This document shows positions 45,766-54,905 of a DNA stretch of 64,000 nucleotides, piece after piece. This DNA comes from a virus: positions 96,001 through 160,000 of IMG/VR virus record IMGVR_UViG_3300028800_000059; one strand, written 5' to 3'. The notes under the pieces were generated by a model that saw only the letters and a list, made by a program, of their open reading frames with translations, searched no databases and had not been told where the DNA came from. Numbering within the stretch: the stretch's first letter is position 1; each line of letters begins with the position of its first letter. The position numbers were made by a program, and so were the translations under genes.

Positions 45766-46314
45766 TTAGAAAATTGTATTAGAGATATCTGTCCAATACT
45801 GATATTCCAACGTGACTGTGAATTCTTCAATTTGATCATTTGATCCCCATGAAACTTCGATTGGACTTACATCATTAGGAAACATACCAATAAACTGATA
45901 TGTCTTGATTACGTTGCCCGTCTTTGAATACTGTCGAACAACCGCATCGACGCCGTAGGAAATTGGAGAGGCAGCAGCCGCCAATCTTTCATTTCCTTGC
46001 ATGGAGTTAATTGCGTTGAGCCAACTTTCGAATGAATTTCGGATTCCAAAATCTTCGTCATTATAAACTGTAATTGTCCATGGCTGGAATGTTCTGTTGC
46101 CAGCAAACTTTAATTCACGACCGAAATACATCAAAGGAACAACACCGACCGTTGAACCTGGCAACTGGGCTGAATGAGCCTTGAATTGCAAATCCGTTAC
46201 GGACGCTCCTGCATTAATAGCAAAGGCTGGAAGTGGAAGCAATATGTCGAATAGATTAGCGCGAGCGCCATCTAACTTCATATTGGATCGGAATGCGTTT
46301 ACGTCGAATGCCAT
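45766..46314 (-). CDS. gp19: Tail tube protein
   Basis: GARANLF...AQLPGS.VG...GRELKFAG.RTF.PWTITVYND...IEEFTVT..Y.YW. Confidence 0.96.
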   Translation of the reverse strand: MAFDVNAFRSNMKLDGARANLFDILLPLPAFAINAGASVTDLQFKAHSAQLPGSTVGVVPLMYFGRELKFAGNRTFQPWTITVYNDEDFGIRNSFESWLNAINSMQGNERLAAAASPISYGVDAVVRQYSKTGNVIKTYQFIGMFPNDVSPIEVSWGSNDQIEEFTVTLEYQYWTDISNTIF

Positions 46315-46337
46315 TTCTTAGTTTCTCCTAGTTGTTT

Positions 46338-46736
46338 TTACTTACGGTGTGGACCATGATGATGTAGAATTGCTGCCTTCAATAAGTCATGGTGTTTATC
46401 GGACATTTGAGCCCAATATGTTCTATCCTTTTGGCCGTTAGATGATCCATGATGATATGCTGCGCTCATGGCTCCTTCCAGGTGTCTCAAAACCTCTGGA
46501 TGAAGTCCTGGTTGTGGATTAGTTGGGCCCTCAAATTCAGCAGCCGCTTCGGCTCCGGCATGATGCCGGCGTTCGGCTGCATGTCTCGCTGGTCTTGGAG
46601 AAGGATGGTTCTCCCAAGGAGAAGTTCCATCTACATCTTCTTCTTTAAAAAGTGCCGCGCGAATTTCTTCTGTAGTTTCTTTTGGTTCTACAGTGATTCC
46701 TTGAATCAAATAACGCTCTAATGTGTCTCTTGCCAT
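46338..46736 (-). CDS. His-rich hypothetical protein, putative internal head protein
   Basis: Shares a GLHPEV...AIL.HHGP module with ORF 39529-40155; TAAATA 5 nt upstream of the ATG. Confidence 0.55.
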   Translation of the reverse strand: MARDTLERYLIQGITVEPKETTEEIRAALFKEEDVDGTSPWENHPSPRPARHAAERRHHAGAEAAAEFEGPTNPQPGLHPEVLRHLEGAMSAAYHHGSSNGQKDRTYWAQMSDKHHDLLKAAILHHHGPHRK

Positions 46737-46758
46737 GGTATTATTTATCTCCTAAATC

Positions 46759-48672
46759 TTAGAATGTTCCGACAATTTCAGTGAAGGCAACACCTTGAGG
46801 CGAAGCCACGAAGTTCAACTGAATACCACGGATGCTTTCGGCAGCCTTGATGTAGATATCACCGATGAAGTTCTTGGACTGGACAACAATTGGAGTGTTG
46901 TTTGTGTCGTCACATACAACCAAGAAACTATTGATACCACCAAGCCCCTGGACCTGTCGTAGGAATGGATTGACAAGATTCAGGAAGGCATTCTGTGTTG
47001 CATGATTGTTGAATTTGAATAGTGAGAACTTGGATGCCGAAGCAATCGCCTGTTCAAGAATGATGAACAAGAAACGAATACCAATGGCATTAAAGTCACT
47101 GTTTTCAGACAACATCGTTGTATCACCAAACAACATTGGTCCAAATCCAGGGAATGTAACGGCTGGATTTACACAGGCTGGGAACAACAAATCTCTGTCC
47201 ACCTGGGATGGGTTCCAAGAAAGCTTCACAGCATTCTTGATGATACCGCGTTCATAGCCAGCACCTGGAGCCCATGGTGCTGTTGTGATTGCCGACTGAG
47301 CCTGGAGGCCAGCCGAGTCACCACAAAGAGGAATCCAACGATACACGTCATTGTATTTGTCATAGACATATTTCCATGAACTGTCCATGAAGCCATAAGA
47401 AGATGATGGCAACTGATTACGATAAGCCAGGATTGCCGTATCTTCGTTTCCGGCGTTGTTGACAACATCGGAGAAGTTTGGTGAAATATAGGCCACGCAA
47501 TCCTTTCGGACTTCGGCAATATTTTCGATTAGATATTCGGCTATGTTCAAATCAGCATCGACGCCAATCAAGAAACGAACAGTCACATCATCTGTATTCA
47601 AGAAGTATGAATAGGCGGTTTCTTTATCGCCATCAGTCGAAGTGCCTTCAACACCACCAGATAGGCTTGCGTATTCTGGAACATTGATTTGTGTGAATGT
47701 ATTTCCAGATGCCGACTGGCCCCAATTTGTGCCAGCAGAGTTGTTTTGCATCCAATAGGCATATTTTGATTTCTGGAACAGGACGTTTCTGTAGTAATTT
47801 GATGTTCCGTCCACATTCTTGGCATCAGATGCCAGAGATAGATATGGGAATACTTCTAACACTGTATTTGCGGTGCCGGTGAACTGACCACCTTGATCGA
47901 CCACGATTACGTGAATTTGATCGTTTGCTCCGTTGACTTGGGAAGCAAAGCGTGAAGTGCCTGGCGCACCAGCAAAATATTTGGACCAAGCCCAACGGCG
48001 TTTTGCTGTATTGGCAACCAAGGTTGCATTGATAATTGCGGTAGAGTTTACGGTAGCGTTAGAATTAGAACCGTTTGACTGGACTTTAATGACTAATGCT
48101 TCACCCAAGGTACCAACCTGTAGAAGGTCGCCTGGAGTTAGGGTTCCGACAACGTTTCCGCTGAAAGTAACTAGATTGCTTCCGGCTGTAGTATTAGCCG
48201 TAAGAGATAATGTATCGCTGAAGGCATTTGCCGAAGGACAAGATGAAACCAACAGAGAATTTCCAAGAGCGCCAGCATAACGAGCGGCATAATCACCAAC
48301 CGAAGCACCACCAGCATAATAGCTGGCTTCGTATGTGTCACGATTTGCGATATACAAACCAGAACCATCGGCGGTTGCGTTTTTGTAAATGGTATTTCCA
48401 GAGCGAACAACCCAAAGGGAACCTGAATAAGACAGGAACTGTGCGGCCGTCAAGAATGCCAAGTAGGCACTATCATTTGGCTTAAAGAAAGTGTTCACCA
48501 AACTTGTTGCTGATGCGTTTTCGGTATCAACCAAAACTCTCTTGTTGATTGGACCCCAACGGAATTGCCCAGCAATACCAGCGGCAATTGTAGGAACTGC
48601 CGGAATGGTTGTTGTTAGATTGAATTCGTTGACCTTGACACCTGGCGAAAGGAAAAAAGGAATGTTTGCCAT
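46759..48672 (-). CDS. gp18: Tail sheath protein
   Basis: SPGV.V.E...AG.F.WGP...RKDCVA.ISP...DSSWKY.YDKYND.YRW.PL.GD.AG...AG.ERG. Confidence 0.97.
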   Translation of the reverse strand: MANIPFFLSPGVKVNEFNLTTTIPAVPTIAAGIAGQFRWGPINKRVLVDTENASATSLVNTFFKPNDSAYLAFLTAAQFLSYSGSLWVVRSGNTIYKNATADGSGLYIANRDTYEASYYAGGASVGDYAARYAGALGNSLLVSSCPSANAFSDTLSLTANTTAGSNLVTFSGNVVGTLTPGDLLQVGTLGEALVIKVQSNGSNSNATVNSTAIINATLVANTAKRRWAWSKYFAGAPGTSRFASQVNGANDQIHVIVVDQGGQFTGTANTVLEVFPYLSLASDAKNVDGTSNYYRNVLFQKSKYAYWMQNNSAGTNWGQSASGNTFTQINVPEYASLSGGVEGTSTDGDKETAYSYFLNTDDVTVRFLIGVDADLNIAEYLIENIAEVRKDCVAYISPNFSDVVNNAGNEDTAILAYRNQLPSSSYGFMDSSWKYVYDKYNDVYRWIPLCGDSAGLQAQSAITTAPWAPGAGYERGIIKNAVKLSWNPSQVDRDLLFPACVNPAVTFPGFGPMLFGDTTMLSENSDFNAIGIRFLFIILEQAIASASKFSLFKFNNHATQNAFLNLVNPFLRQVQGLGGINSFLVVCDDTNNTPIVVQSKNFIGDIYIKAAESIRGIQLNFVASPQGVAFTEIVGTF

Positions 48673-48710
48673 GAGTTATATGCTCTCCTAGTTTTTATTG
48701 TTGCTGATTT

Positions 48711-48716
48711 TATTTA
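48711..48716 (-). promoter_or_regulatory. Late promoter core for gp18
   Basis: TAAATA in the gp17-gp18 spacer, followed by a GGAGAG SD. Confidence 0.65.
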
Positions 48717-48729
48717 GAAAAAATAGGAG

Positions 48730-50469
48730 TTACGCTCGCAAGGCCCTATCAAAATCGAGGTCCCAGGAATCACCATCAAATGGGTAATACTGTCTTCGAT
48801 GTTCCTGATATAATTCTTCTCTTTCTGTCTGGGCTTCTTCCTTTTCGCGTTCGGCGTCGTCCACTCCATCATCTACAACGAATGGAACAATGTCGTCATC
48901 TTCAAGATTGAGATATTCTTTTTGGAGAATTTCTCGAATATTCATATCCACGGCGTCTTTGAAATATCTCTGAGCCATTAGCCATGAAAAAATTACTAGG
49001 CCCATTACAAGATCATCATGGTATCCCTGTTCGGCAGCAAACGATTCTTGACTGGCGATGAATGTGGTCATTTCCCCAATTGTCTGTGAATCATAAGTTA
49101 CCAATTTATCCATTTCGATCAAAGTTTTAAGGTTGGCACAACCAATTCTTTTAGTGGCCTTGGATTGTTTTAGACCGGTTTGCATCTTGCCTTTGGATTG
49201 ATATCCCTGAGAAATTTGTTGTCCTAATTTTCCCTTTGCAGTAATTTTAATCAGATTTTCATAGGCAATATCAAAATGCAATAGATCACCAACTTGGAGG
49301 CCAATTGTCGAAATTTCTAAAAGCACATAGGCACTATTATATCGATTGGCGAACTCCCAAATGATTGTTGGAAACAACAGCGGCGATATATCATTTCGCC
49401 GGAATGTGGCCACTACTTCATATGGTAGATAAGTAACATCAATCATTTGAATAGTAGAATAGTCTTGACCCTGTCCTTCGGCCACGTCCACACAGGCAAC
49501 ATAGATATGCGGTCGTTGAACAAGTTTTCCGTCTTCGGTTCGTTTTTCGATGATAGGGTCTTTCCAATATCTGAAGCCGCCTTCTTCTCGAATAGGATTT
49601 CTTTCGACCATGTTTCGGAGTTTGCCGGCACTAATTAATGTATTACTCGATCCCAGGAAGGCCAAATTATGTTCCTGTTCGAACTTAACTGGTCCGAGAG
49701 TTTCGATTTGGTCGCGCATCCATTTCTCGTCACGACCAGGAACTTCTGTCCAGTGAACGATAATAGGAACGAATCCGTTCTTACCAGCTTCGGCCGACTT
49801 CCACATTCGATAGAAGTGATTCATGCCTTTTGGAGTAGAAGTGATAAAGATTTTTGTATTTTTACCTTGAGAAAGAGTAGGATAAACCGAAGTAAAGAAA
49901 TCCTCGGCTAAATTATTTTGAATGTGAGCAAATTCGTCAAGATATAGAATGTTGATTGTGAAAGATCGTAGTGCGTCAACGGATGTTGCTGCTGAAACAA
50001 GTCGGCTACCGTTTTCCAACCAGATGCTCATTTTGTTCCATTCTTGAACACCTTGTTGGAGCCACTTTGGAAGACTCATATAACAAAAGGCTGCCCGGTT
50101 CATCAATTCTTTGGCTGTATCTTGTTTGTTGGCCATGATGGCTACTGTCTTTGTTTTGTGAAACAGAATATACCAAATGAAAAACGCTGCCACGACAGTT
50201 GTTTTACCAGATTGCCGAGCGGCCATGACAATTACTTTTCGGTTCTTGTGCATTCCATCTACAATTTTGCGCTGATATGGACGCAAAATACATGGAACTT
50301 TATTACCATCGGCGTCTAGAACGCTGACGTAAGTTTCAATAAAATAGATTGGGTCTTTTCGACACTTGATCCATTCACGTTTTTGATCGGGAGTGAACGC
50401 CATGGTCACTCCCACCTGTTTCAGAAATGGATTTTTTCTGAAAAAATCTTGCCGTGATAGATCGCCCAT
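48730..50469 (-). CDS. gp17: Terminase large subunit
   Basis: LRPYQ, ARQSGKT Walker A, LYLDEFAH Walker B, TSTPKG, DVAEG.GQDYS and YHDDLVM. Confidence 0.98.
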   Translation of the reverse strand: MGDLSRQDFFRKNPFLKQVGVTMAFTPDQKREWIKCRKDPIYFIETYVSVLDADGNKVPCILRPYQRKIVDGMHKNRKVIVMAARQSGKTTVVAAFFIWYILFHKTKTVAIMANKQDTAKELMNRAAFCYMSLPKWLQQGVQEWNKMSIWLENGSRLVSAATSVDALRSFTINILYLDEFAHIQNNLAEDFFTSVYPTLSQGKNTKIFITSTPKGMNHFYRMWKSAEAGKNGFVPIIVHWTEVPGRDEKWMRDQIETLGPVKFEQEHNLAFLGSSNTLISAGKLRNMVERNPIREEGGFRYWKDPIIEKRTEDGKLVQRPHIYVACVDVAEGQGQDYSTIQMIDVTYLPYEVVATFRRNDISPLLFPTIIWEFANRYNSAYVLLEISTIGLQVGDLLHFDIAYENLIKITAKGKLGQQISQGYQSKGKMQTGLKQSKATKRIGCANLKTLIEMDKLVTYDSQTIGEMTTFIASQESFAAEQGYHDDLVMGLVIFSWLMAQRYFKDAVDMNIREILQKEYLNLEDDDIVPFVVDDGVDDAEREKEEAQTEREELYQEHRRQYYPFDGDSWDLDFDRALRA

Positions 50470-50969
50470 TATTCTGCCTGTGGAATATTATTTGCCGTAG
50501 AAACCAACTCAGACTCTACGTCAATAACTCCCAATTCTTCTTCCATTTTATCGAAAAATTGGGCGCTTGTGCCAGTGAATTCAATTTTTTCTACATTGAA
50601 TTGTGTAATTGTTGCTGGTACAACTTCATTGTTTGATTTTGGTTCTGATCCTGGAACTGGCATTTGATCCATGAATTCGATTTCACGAATGTTTTTTTGA
50701 GTTTGAAGTAATTTTTCGGCAATTTCTCCAAGATTTTTTAGAAGTCCACTAGCTACTTCAAAAGCCCGTGGATGTTCGCTGTCTTCGGCAATGTCGATGG
50801 ATTTTTCAAAGGCTGTTTGACCTAATTCTAATAGGTCGTGCATGGCCTTTCGAGCCTTTTGATAGTCTTCGGCTGTGTCGGCTTCAGAAGTATATTTAAT
50901 AATTTTTTTGCTAACTTCTTCAATAGGAATAATATTATTGTTAGCATTTACTGATTCTAATAAAATCAT
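50469..50969 (-). CDS. gp16: Terminase small subunit
   Basis: DYQKAR...SEHPRAFEVA..LLK......EKLL..QK; start taken at the TAATG overlap (50996 is the alternative). Confidence 0.88.
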   Translation of the reverse strand: MILLESVNANNNIIPIEEVSKKIIKYTSEADTAEDYQKARKAMHDLLELGQTAFEKSIDIAEDSEHPRAFEVASGLLKNLGEIAEKLLQTQKNIREIEFMDQMPVPGSEPKSNNEVVPATITQFNVEKIEFTGTSAQFFDKMEEELGVIDVESELVSTANNIPQAE

Positions 50970-51295
50970 TATATTTTCCTTATTCCTTTGTTCCAAGGAA
51001 TTTGTCCTTGTTTTGATTTACTTATTTTCAATCGAGTTTCTATAGATTTTTTTCTTCCTTTCATTTCTTTTTTATCTATTTGTTTAGTCATTCCCAAATA
51101 TGCAAGTTTATCGCCAATTCTACTAAATGAATTCCACATCATATGATGACAGTCAATATGTTCCTGTTCGGTTAAATGAATAATATTAATGGGATGATTA
51201 ATGCCTCGCCCAGTTTCATCTAAGGCTTTTAAAGAACCATATCGACGTTTCCATTCATGTTTAGGAATGATATGGTGTTTTTGATTGTATATCAT
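50969..51295 (-). CDS. HNH homing endonuclease (HHIIPKH family) with short NUMOD3-like tail
   Basis: KHHIIPKH...NIIHLTEQEH..CH and ETRLKISKSK.G..PWNKG. Confidence 0.8.
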   Translation of the reverse strand: MIYNQKHHIIPKHEWKRRYGSLKALDETGRGINHPINIIHLTEQEHIDCHHMMWNSFSRIGDKLAYLGMTKQIDKKEMKGRKKSIETRLKISKSKQGQIPWNKGIRKI

Positions 51296-51302
51296 AACAA
51301 TG

Positions 51303-51331
51303 AAAAAGAAAGAGGATCGAAATCCTCTTTC
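51303..51331 (-). terminator. Rho-independent terminator
   Basis: GAAAGAGGAT-TTCG-ATCCTCTTTC 10-bp stem plus T-run. Confidence 0.88.
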
Positions 51332-51342
51332 TGTTCGTTATA

Positions 51343-51507
51343 TTAGAACCAGCCTAAAGTAAAGTGTTCAAGCAAGTATAATGCTACAGCTACAATTGCT
51401 GCACCGCCAACCCACTTCAACCAGTTTGTGTTGTGTTCAACCAAGCTTGTTGCTTCATTACTTACAGCATTTCCTACGGAATTAACTGTGTTTGCTACGT
51501 TTGCCAT
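51343..51507 (-). CDS. Small single-pass membrane protein (54 aa)
   Basis: Translated by hand: MANVANTVNSVGNAVSNEATSLVEHNTNWLKWVGGAAIVAVALYLLEHFTLGWF; AAGGAG SD, TAAATA at 51532-51537 and its own terminator. Confidence 0.75.
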   Translation of the reverse strand: MANVANTVNSVGNAVSNEATSLVEHNTNWLKWVGGAAIVAVALYLLEHFTLGWF

Positions 51508-51540
51508 GTTTTGTTTCTCCTTTTCAATAGTTATTTATGA

Positions 51541-52560
51541 TTAAAGTTGAGGGTATTCAGTGATAGTTGTATGGTATCCATAGGAACTATTGGCATTGGC
51601 ATTGGCTGGATCGGGTGTTACCACAATTCTACTCATTGGTGTAGGCACTTCTTCGGCAGTAAATACGATATAACCAGATGCATTTGATTCGGCTGACTTG
51701 ATGACAACATTCGACAAGAAGTGTCCAGAAGAAACATTTGCCAATCTCAGATGCCCAAGATTGGCGTTCCATTCGGCTACTTCGCCTTGAACATAGGATT
51801 CATTTAATGTTCGACCTTGGTAAACAATTTCGCCTGTTTTAAAAGACCCAGTTCCAGTGTTTGCATAAAATTCCAAATCAACGAATTCATCGAACAATCC
51901 ATAGGCATTATACATGGTCGTGGTGACGGTAGTAATTAATGGAGTATTAGCCACAGGTCCATAATAAGTAGCCTTCATTATGAAATTGAGGTCCCATTGG
52001 ATCATACGAATTGTTTCATATGGACCTTCATATTCAATATTTGTATCCATTCCTTGAAGTATCAGAGGAAAATTTTTCTTTCCAGCCTCACCCATTTCTG
52101 GCATGACGTTTATTGACAAGGTGTAATCTTGCCGAAAGAACGGGATGATTTGTTCAATTACTTGATAGGCATCATCGATGTTTCTGGCAAACAAAGATAG
52201 AGTGAATGATAAATCCCACGGTGCGCCTGTGAACATGGATAGAAGATGATCCGAAGCACCACCAACGTTTGCCATTTTGTTTGTCATTTGCAGGGCGCGT
52301 TGTGGGTCATAATTCATTGATGGTTGATCATATGAAAGCTGTGGAAGGACCACTTCAACCTGACGCGATAGATTTGGGTCCTGTCTCAGCCGGGATAGAT
52401 ATTTTTCTTTAGGTCCGTAATTGATAGGAACGCGCACACGATAAAACTCATTCGATTTGTCTTTACTGGCTCTAACAATCGAGATATCTTTAAAGATTGA
52501 ACCAAAGGCAGTAATAGCCTTTCGCGTTATTTGGTTATAAAATGGTTGATTTCCAAGAAT
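51541..52560 (-). CDS. gp15: Tail sheath stabiliser / terminator protein (apparent ATT start at 52560)
   Basis: FYNQITRKAITAFGSIF, VPINYGPKEKYL.RL, LPQLSY, EQIIPFF and WDLNF.MK..YYGP; the frame stays open upstream of the ORF-track start. Confidence 0.93.
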   Translation of the reverse strand: MLGNQPFYNQITRKAITAFGSIFKDISIVRASKDKSNEFYRVRVPINYGPKEKYLSRLRQDPNLSRQVEVVLPQLSYDQPSMNYDPQRALQMTNKMANVGGASDHLLSMFTGAPWDLSFTLSLFARNIDDAYQVIEQIIPFFRQDYTLSINVMPEMGEAGKKNFPLILQGMDTNIEYEGPYETIRMIQWDLNFIMKATYYGPVANTPLITTVTTTMYNAYGLFDEFVDLEFYANTGTGSFKTGEIVYQGRTLNESYVQGEVAEWNANLGHLRLANVSSGHFLSNVVIKSAESNASGYIVFTAEEVPTPMSRIVVTPDPANANANSSYGYHTTITEYPQL

Positions 52561-52573
52561 GGGAGTATTCCTT

Positions 52574-52581
52574 TATAAATA
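52574..52581 (+). promoter_or_regulatory. T4 late promoter driving the plus-strand HNH gene
   Basis: TATAAATA followed by a hairpin leader and a GGAGG SD. Confidence 0.75.
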
Positions 52582-52630
52582 AAGCATAGGTCGCGGATTG
52601 GCGTCCCACCTATTCTAACTTGGAGGAACC

Positions 52631-53227
52631 ATGTCAGCTAACAATCATATTTATCATATCCATCATATCATACCCAAACATCGCTGGAAAGAACTCTATG
52701 GTTCTTTGGATGGCATTAACGTGCCATGGAACACAATTCGATTAACTATATCCGAACATGCCGAATACCATAAAAAATTATGGAAAGAATTTGGTCGTTG
52801 GCAAGATGAATATGCGTGGAATTACTTATCTGGATTAATTGGTAAAGATTTGGTGTTAAAAGAAATATATAAGCAAAATGGTTTGAAGAGAATTGGTATA
52901 AAACAATCAGTAGAAACACAAGATAAAAAACGAATTAAATTAAAAGGGATTCCCTTATCAAAGGAAACAAAAAAGAAAATGAGTGAGGCGGCTAAGAAAC
53001 GTTGTCAAAATCCTTTGGAAAAGAAAAGATTGCAGAAAATGGCTAATAATTGGCTAGGCAAACATCATAAAACCGAAAGCAAAATAAAAATAAGTCAAGC
53101 CAATAAAGGACAAAATTTAGGTGGTAAATTATCTCAATCAACTAAAGATAAAATTCGTCAAAGCATGATTTTATTTGGTCAGAGAAAAAAAATTAATCGG
53201 GCGATCCAAATGGATTCACTTCATTAA
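52631..53227 (+). CDS. HNH homing endonuclease with NUMOD3-like repeats, inverted between gp14 and gp15
   Basis: YHIHHIIPKH...NTIRLTISEHAEYH; ETKKKMSEA and HHKTESKIKISQA repeats. Confidence 0.88.
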   Translation: MSANNHIYHIHHIIPKHRWKELYGSLDGINVPWNTIRLTISEHAEYHKKLWKEFGRWQDEYAWNYLSGLIGKDLVLKEIYKQNGLKRIGIKQSVETQDKKRIKLKGIPLSKETKKKMSEAAKKRCQNPLEKKRLQKMANNWLGKHHKTESKIKISQANKGQNLGGKLSQSTKDKIRQSMILFGQRKKINRAIQMDSLH

Positions 53228-54104
53228 AATTGATTACTTGATTTCCTTCGATTTGCAATTCTTCACCATCCGAAACAGTAAATGTTTCAGTATTGGCAAT
53301 ATCTAATTCATCAAAACTCGAAAGCAATCTAATTGTATTAGAAACACTACCGGAAACATTGATGCTTTCTTGGAATTCTCCTTTTGGAGGATATACAATA
53401 AGAGTATTGGTTGGGGCGTTCCAGCTTTTAACTTCGGCCGAAGCAAAGGAGGTATTCACGTTTGATCCTCCCTGATAAACAATTTCTCCCGAAATGTAAT
53501 TACCACTACCTGCTGATAAATGCAGCGAAATAGCATAAGCCAATTCTTGCCGTACGGCATCGATATCGTCCACGCCTGTCTCCAATACTTCCTGAGAGTA
53601 ACGAAAGGTTTCCACGGATAATTCGTACACGTAGGATTCCTTGAAGGATTTGCCCAAGGTGCCAAAATTATATTCTTCATTGACGAATTTGATTTCGAAC
53701 AATTTATCGAATACAGGAATAAAAATGAGGTCGCCTTCTCTTGGAACTATAGCCAAATTTGTTGGCATTACTTTTTTGAATGTTCGGCGTGATATAATTA
53801 GGCTCGTGGAGTCTCGTACCTCTAATCCAAATTTTGTGAAGAATTCTGAATCGCCAGTGAATCCATCCACTTTGTTAATATACATCGGCATCAGAAATGA
53901 TCGCTTGAATTTCTTGACTGGGTCTTCCCCAAATAATAAATCTACTTGATCTTGGCTTTCCCGCACAATATAATATACTGGCGCGGCGTGCATAATGATG
54001 ACTTCTTCCAATAGGTCCTCGATCAATTCAGTTTCGTTTGATCGCCCAGCTTTAGGATAAAGGTCAAAATATTTGTTGAATAGTGGAGTCGCTTGTTGAG
54101 GCAT
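53193..54104 (-). CDS. gp14: Neck protein
   Basis: EQ-like N-terminus, D.LFGED, FFTKFGLE.RD, PREGDLIF, LFEIKFV and E.NPFG C-terminus. Confidence 0.93.
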   Translation of the reverse strand: MPQQATPLFNKYFDLYPKAGRSNETELIEDLLEEVIIMHAAPVYYIVRESQDQVDLLFGEDPVKKFKRSFLMPMYINKVDGFTGDSEFFTKFGLEVRDSTSLIISRRTFKKVMPTNLAIVPREGDLIFIPVFDKLFEIKFVNEEYNFGTLGKSFKESYVYELSVETFRYSQEVLETGVDDIDAVRQELAYAISLHLSAGSGNYISGEIVYQGGSNVNTSFASAEVKSWNAPTNTLIVYPPKGEFQESINVSGSVSNTIRLLSSFDELDIANTETFTVSDGEELQIEGNQVINFNEVNPFGSPD

Positions 54105-54107
54105 GTA

Positions 54108-54890
54108 TTACCCAACAAAAAATTCTGGTGGAAATTGAACTGCGTTTTCTATATGATCTTTGGCGGCCTGTTCTTCCCGTGTAGCCTCATCATAAATCTG
54201 TTGTCCGTTCATAGTGACACCACCAATCAAGGCCACGCCTGAGAACTTCTTTAGATTTTGTCCCCATTGTTTTTTGACCAGGGCGGTCGCCAAAGTTTTC
54301 AAGGCTCGGTCGTTATATACATCCAAAAAGGTATCCGGTGAAACTATCTGGGTGGCTTCGTATATGATAAACTGGCCTGATAATTGGGCGCCTGTTGCCG
54401 AATCGGACCAATCCATATCAATGTATAGTCTGTTATTGTGTCTATTATACCGAACTGGTGCTTCTCCATTGAATAACATATCGAGCAAGCGTAAATGTGT
54501 CATTGTGGTCCAATAGTTGACTACCGAAGTTGTGGTAAAATCATATAGATCATTCAATCGAATTTGATAACGAATATCGAACATGTTTAACGTAGAATTT
54601 CCATCGGTTGGTGGAAAAATTCTTGACACCCCAACTACTGAATCTGGAATTGGTATCCATTTGTTCGCCACGTCCGTATCCGTGAGTTGATATTTGTTAT
54701 AGACTTTTTCGGTTGCGTCCACATGATAATCTTGGAACCATTGCATGGCATCATCTACACAATCTTCCAATTGCATATCATCAATATTGATTTTAATGAC
54801 CGGCGCTCCACACTTTCTAAGACAATAATCCTTTAGGTCTTGTCTGGATGCAAGCGAGAAATAAAGTCCTGTATTTGCTGAATCTGCCAT
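54108..54890 (-). CDS. gp13: Neck protein
   Basis: LKDYCLRK.GAPVI.INID..QLED..DDA.QWF..YH...K.QWGQNLKKF.G..L.GGV.MNG. Confidence 0.96.
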   Translation of the reverse strand: MADSANTGLYFSLASRQDLKDYCLRKCGAPVIKINIDDMQLEDCVDDAMQWFQDYHVDATEKVYNKYQLTDTDVANKWIPIPDSVVGVSRIFPPTDGNSTLNMFDIRYQIRLNDLYDFTTTSVVNYWTTMTHLRLLDMLFNGEAPVRYNRHNNRLYIDMDWSDSATGAQLSGQFIIYEATQIVSPDTFLDVYNDRALKTLATALVKKQWGQNLKKFSGVALIGGVTMNGQQIYDEATREEQAAKDHIENAVQFPPEFFVG

Positions 54891-54897
54891 GATGTAG

Positions 54898-54905
54898 TAT
54901 TTATA
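54898..54905 (-). promoter_or_regulatory. T4 late promoter for gp13
   Basis: TATAAATA 7 nt before the ATG. Confidence 0.8.

Noticed and set aside
30255-50469. Inteins or group I introns in uvsW, gp23, gp20 or gp17
   Set aside because: Lengths and motif spacing are normal; no C/S...HN splice motifs or interrupted frames
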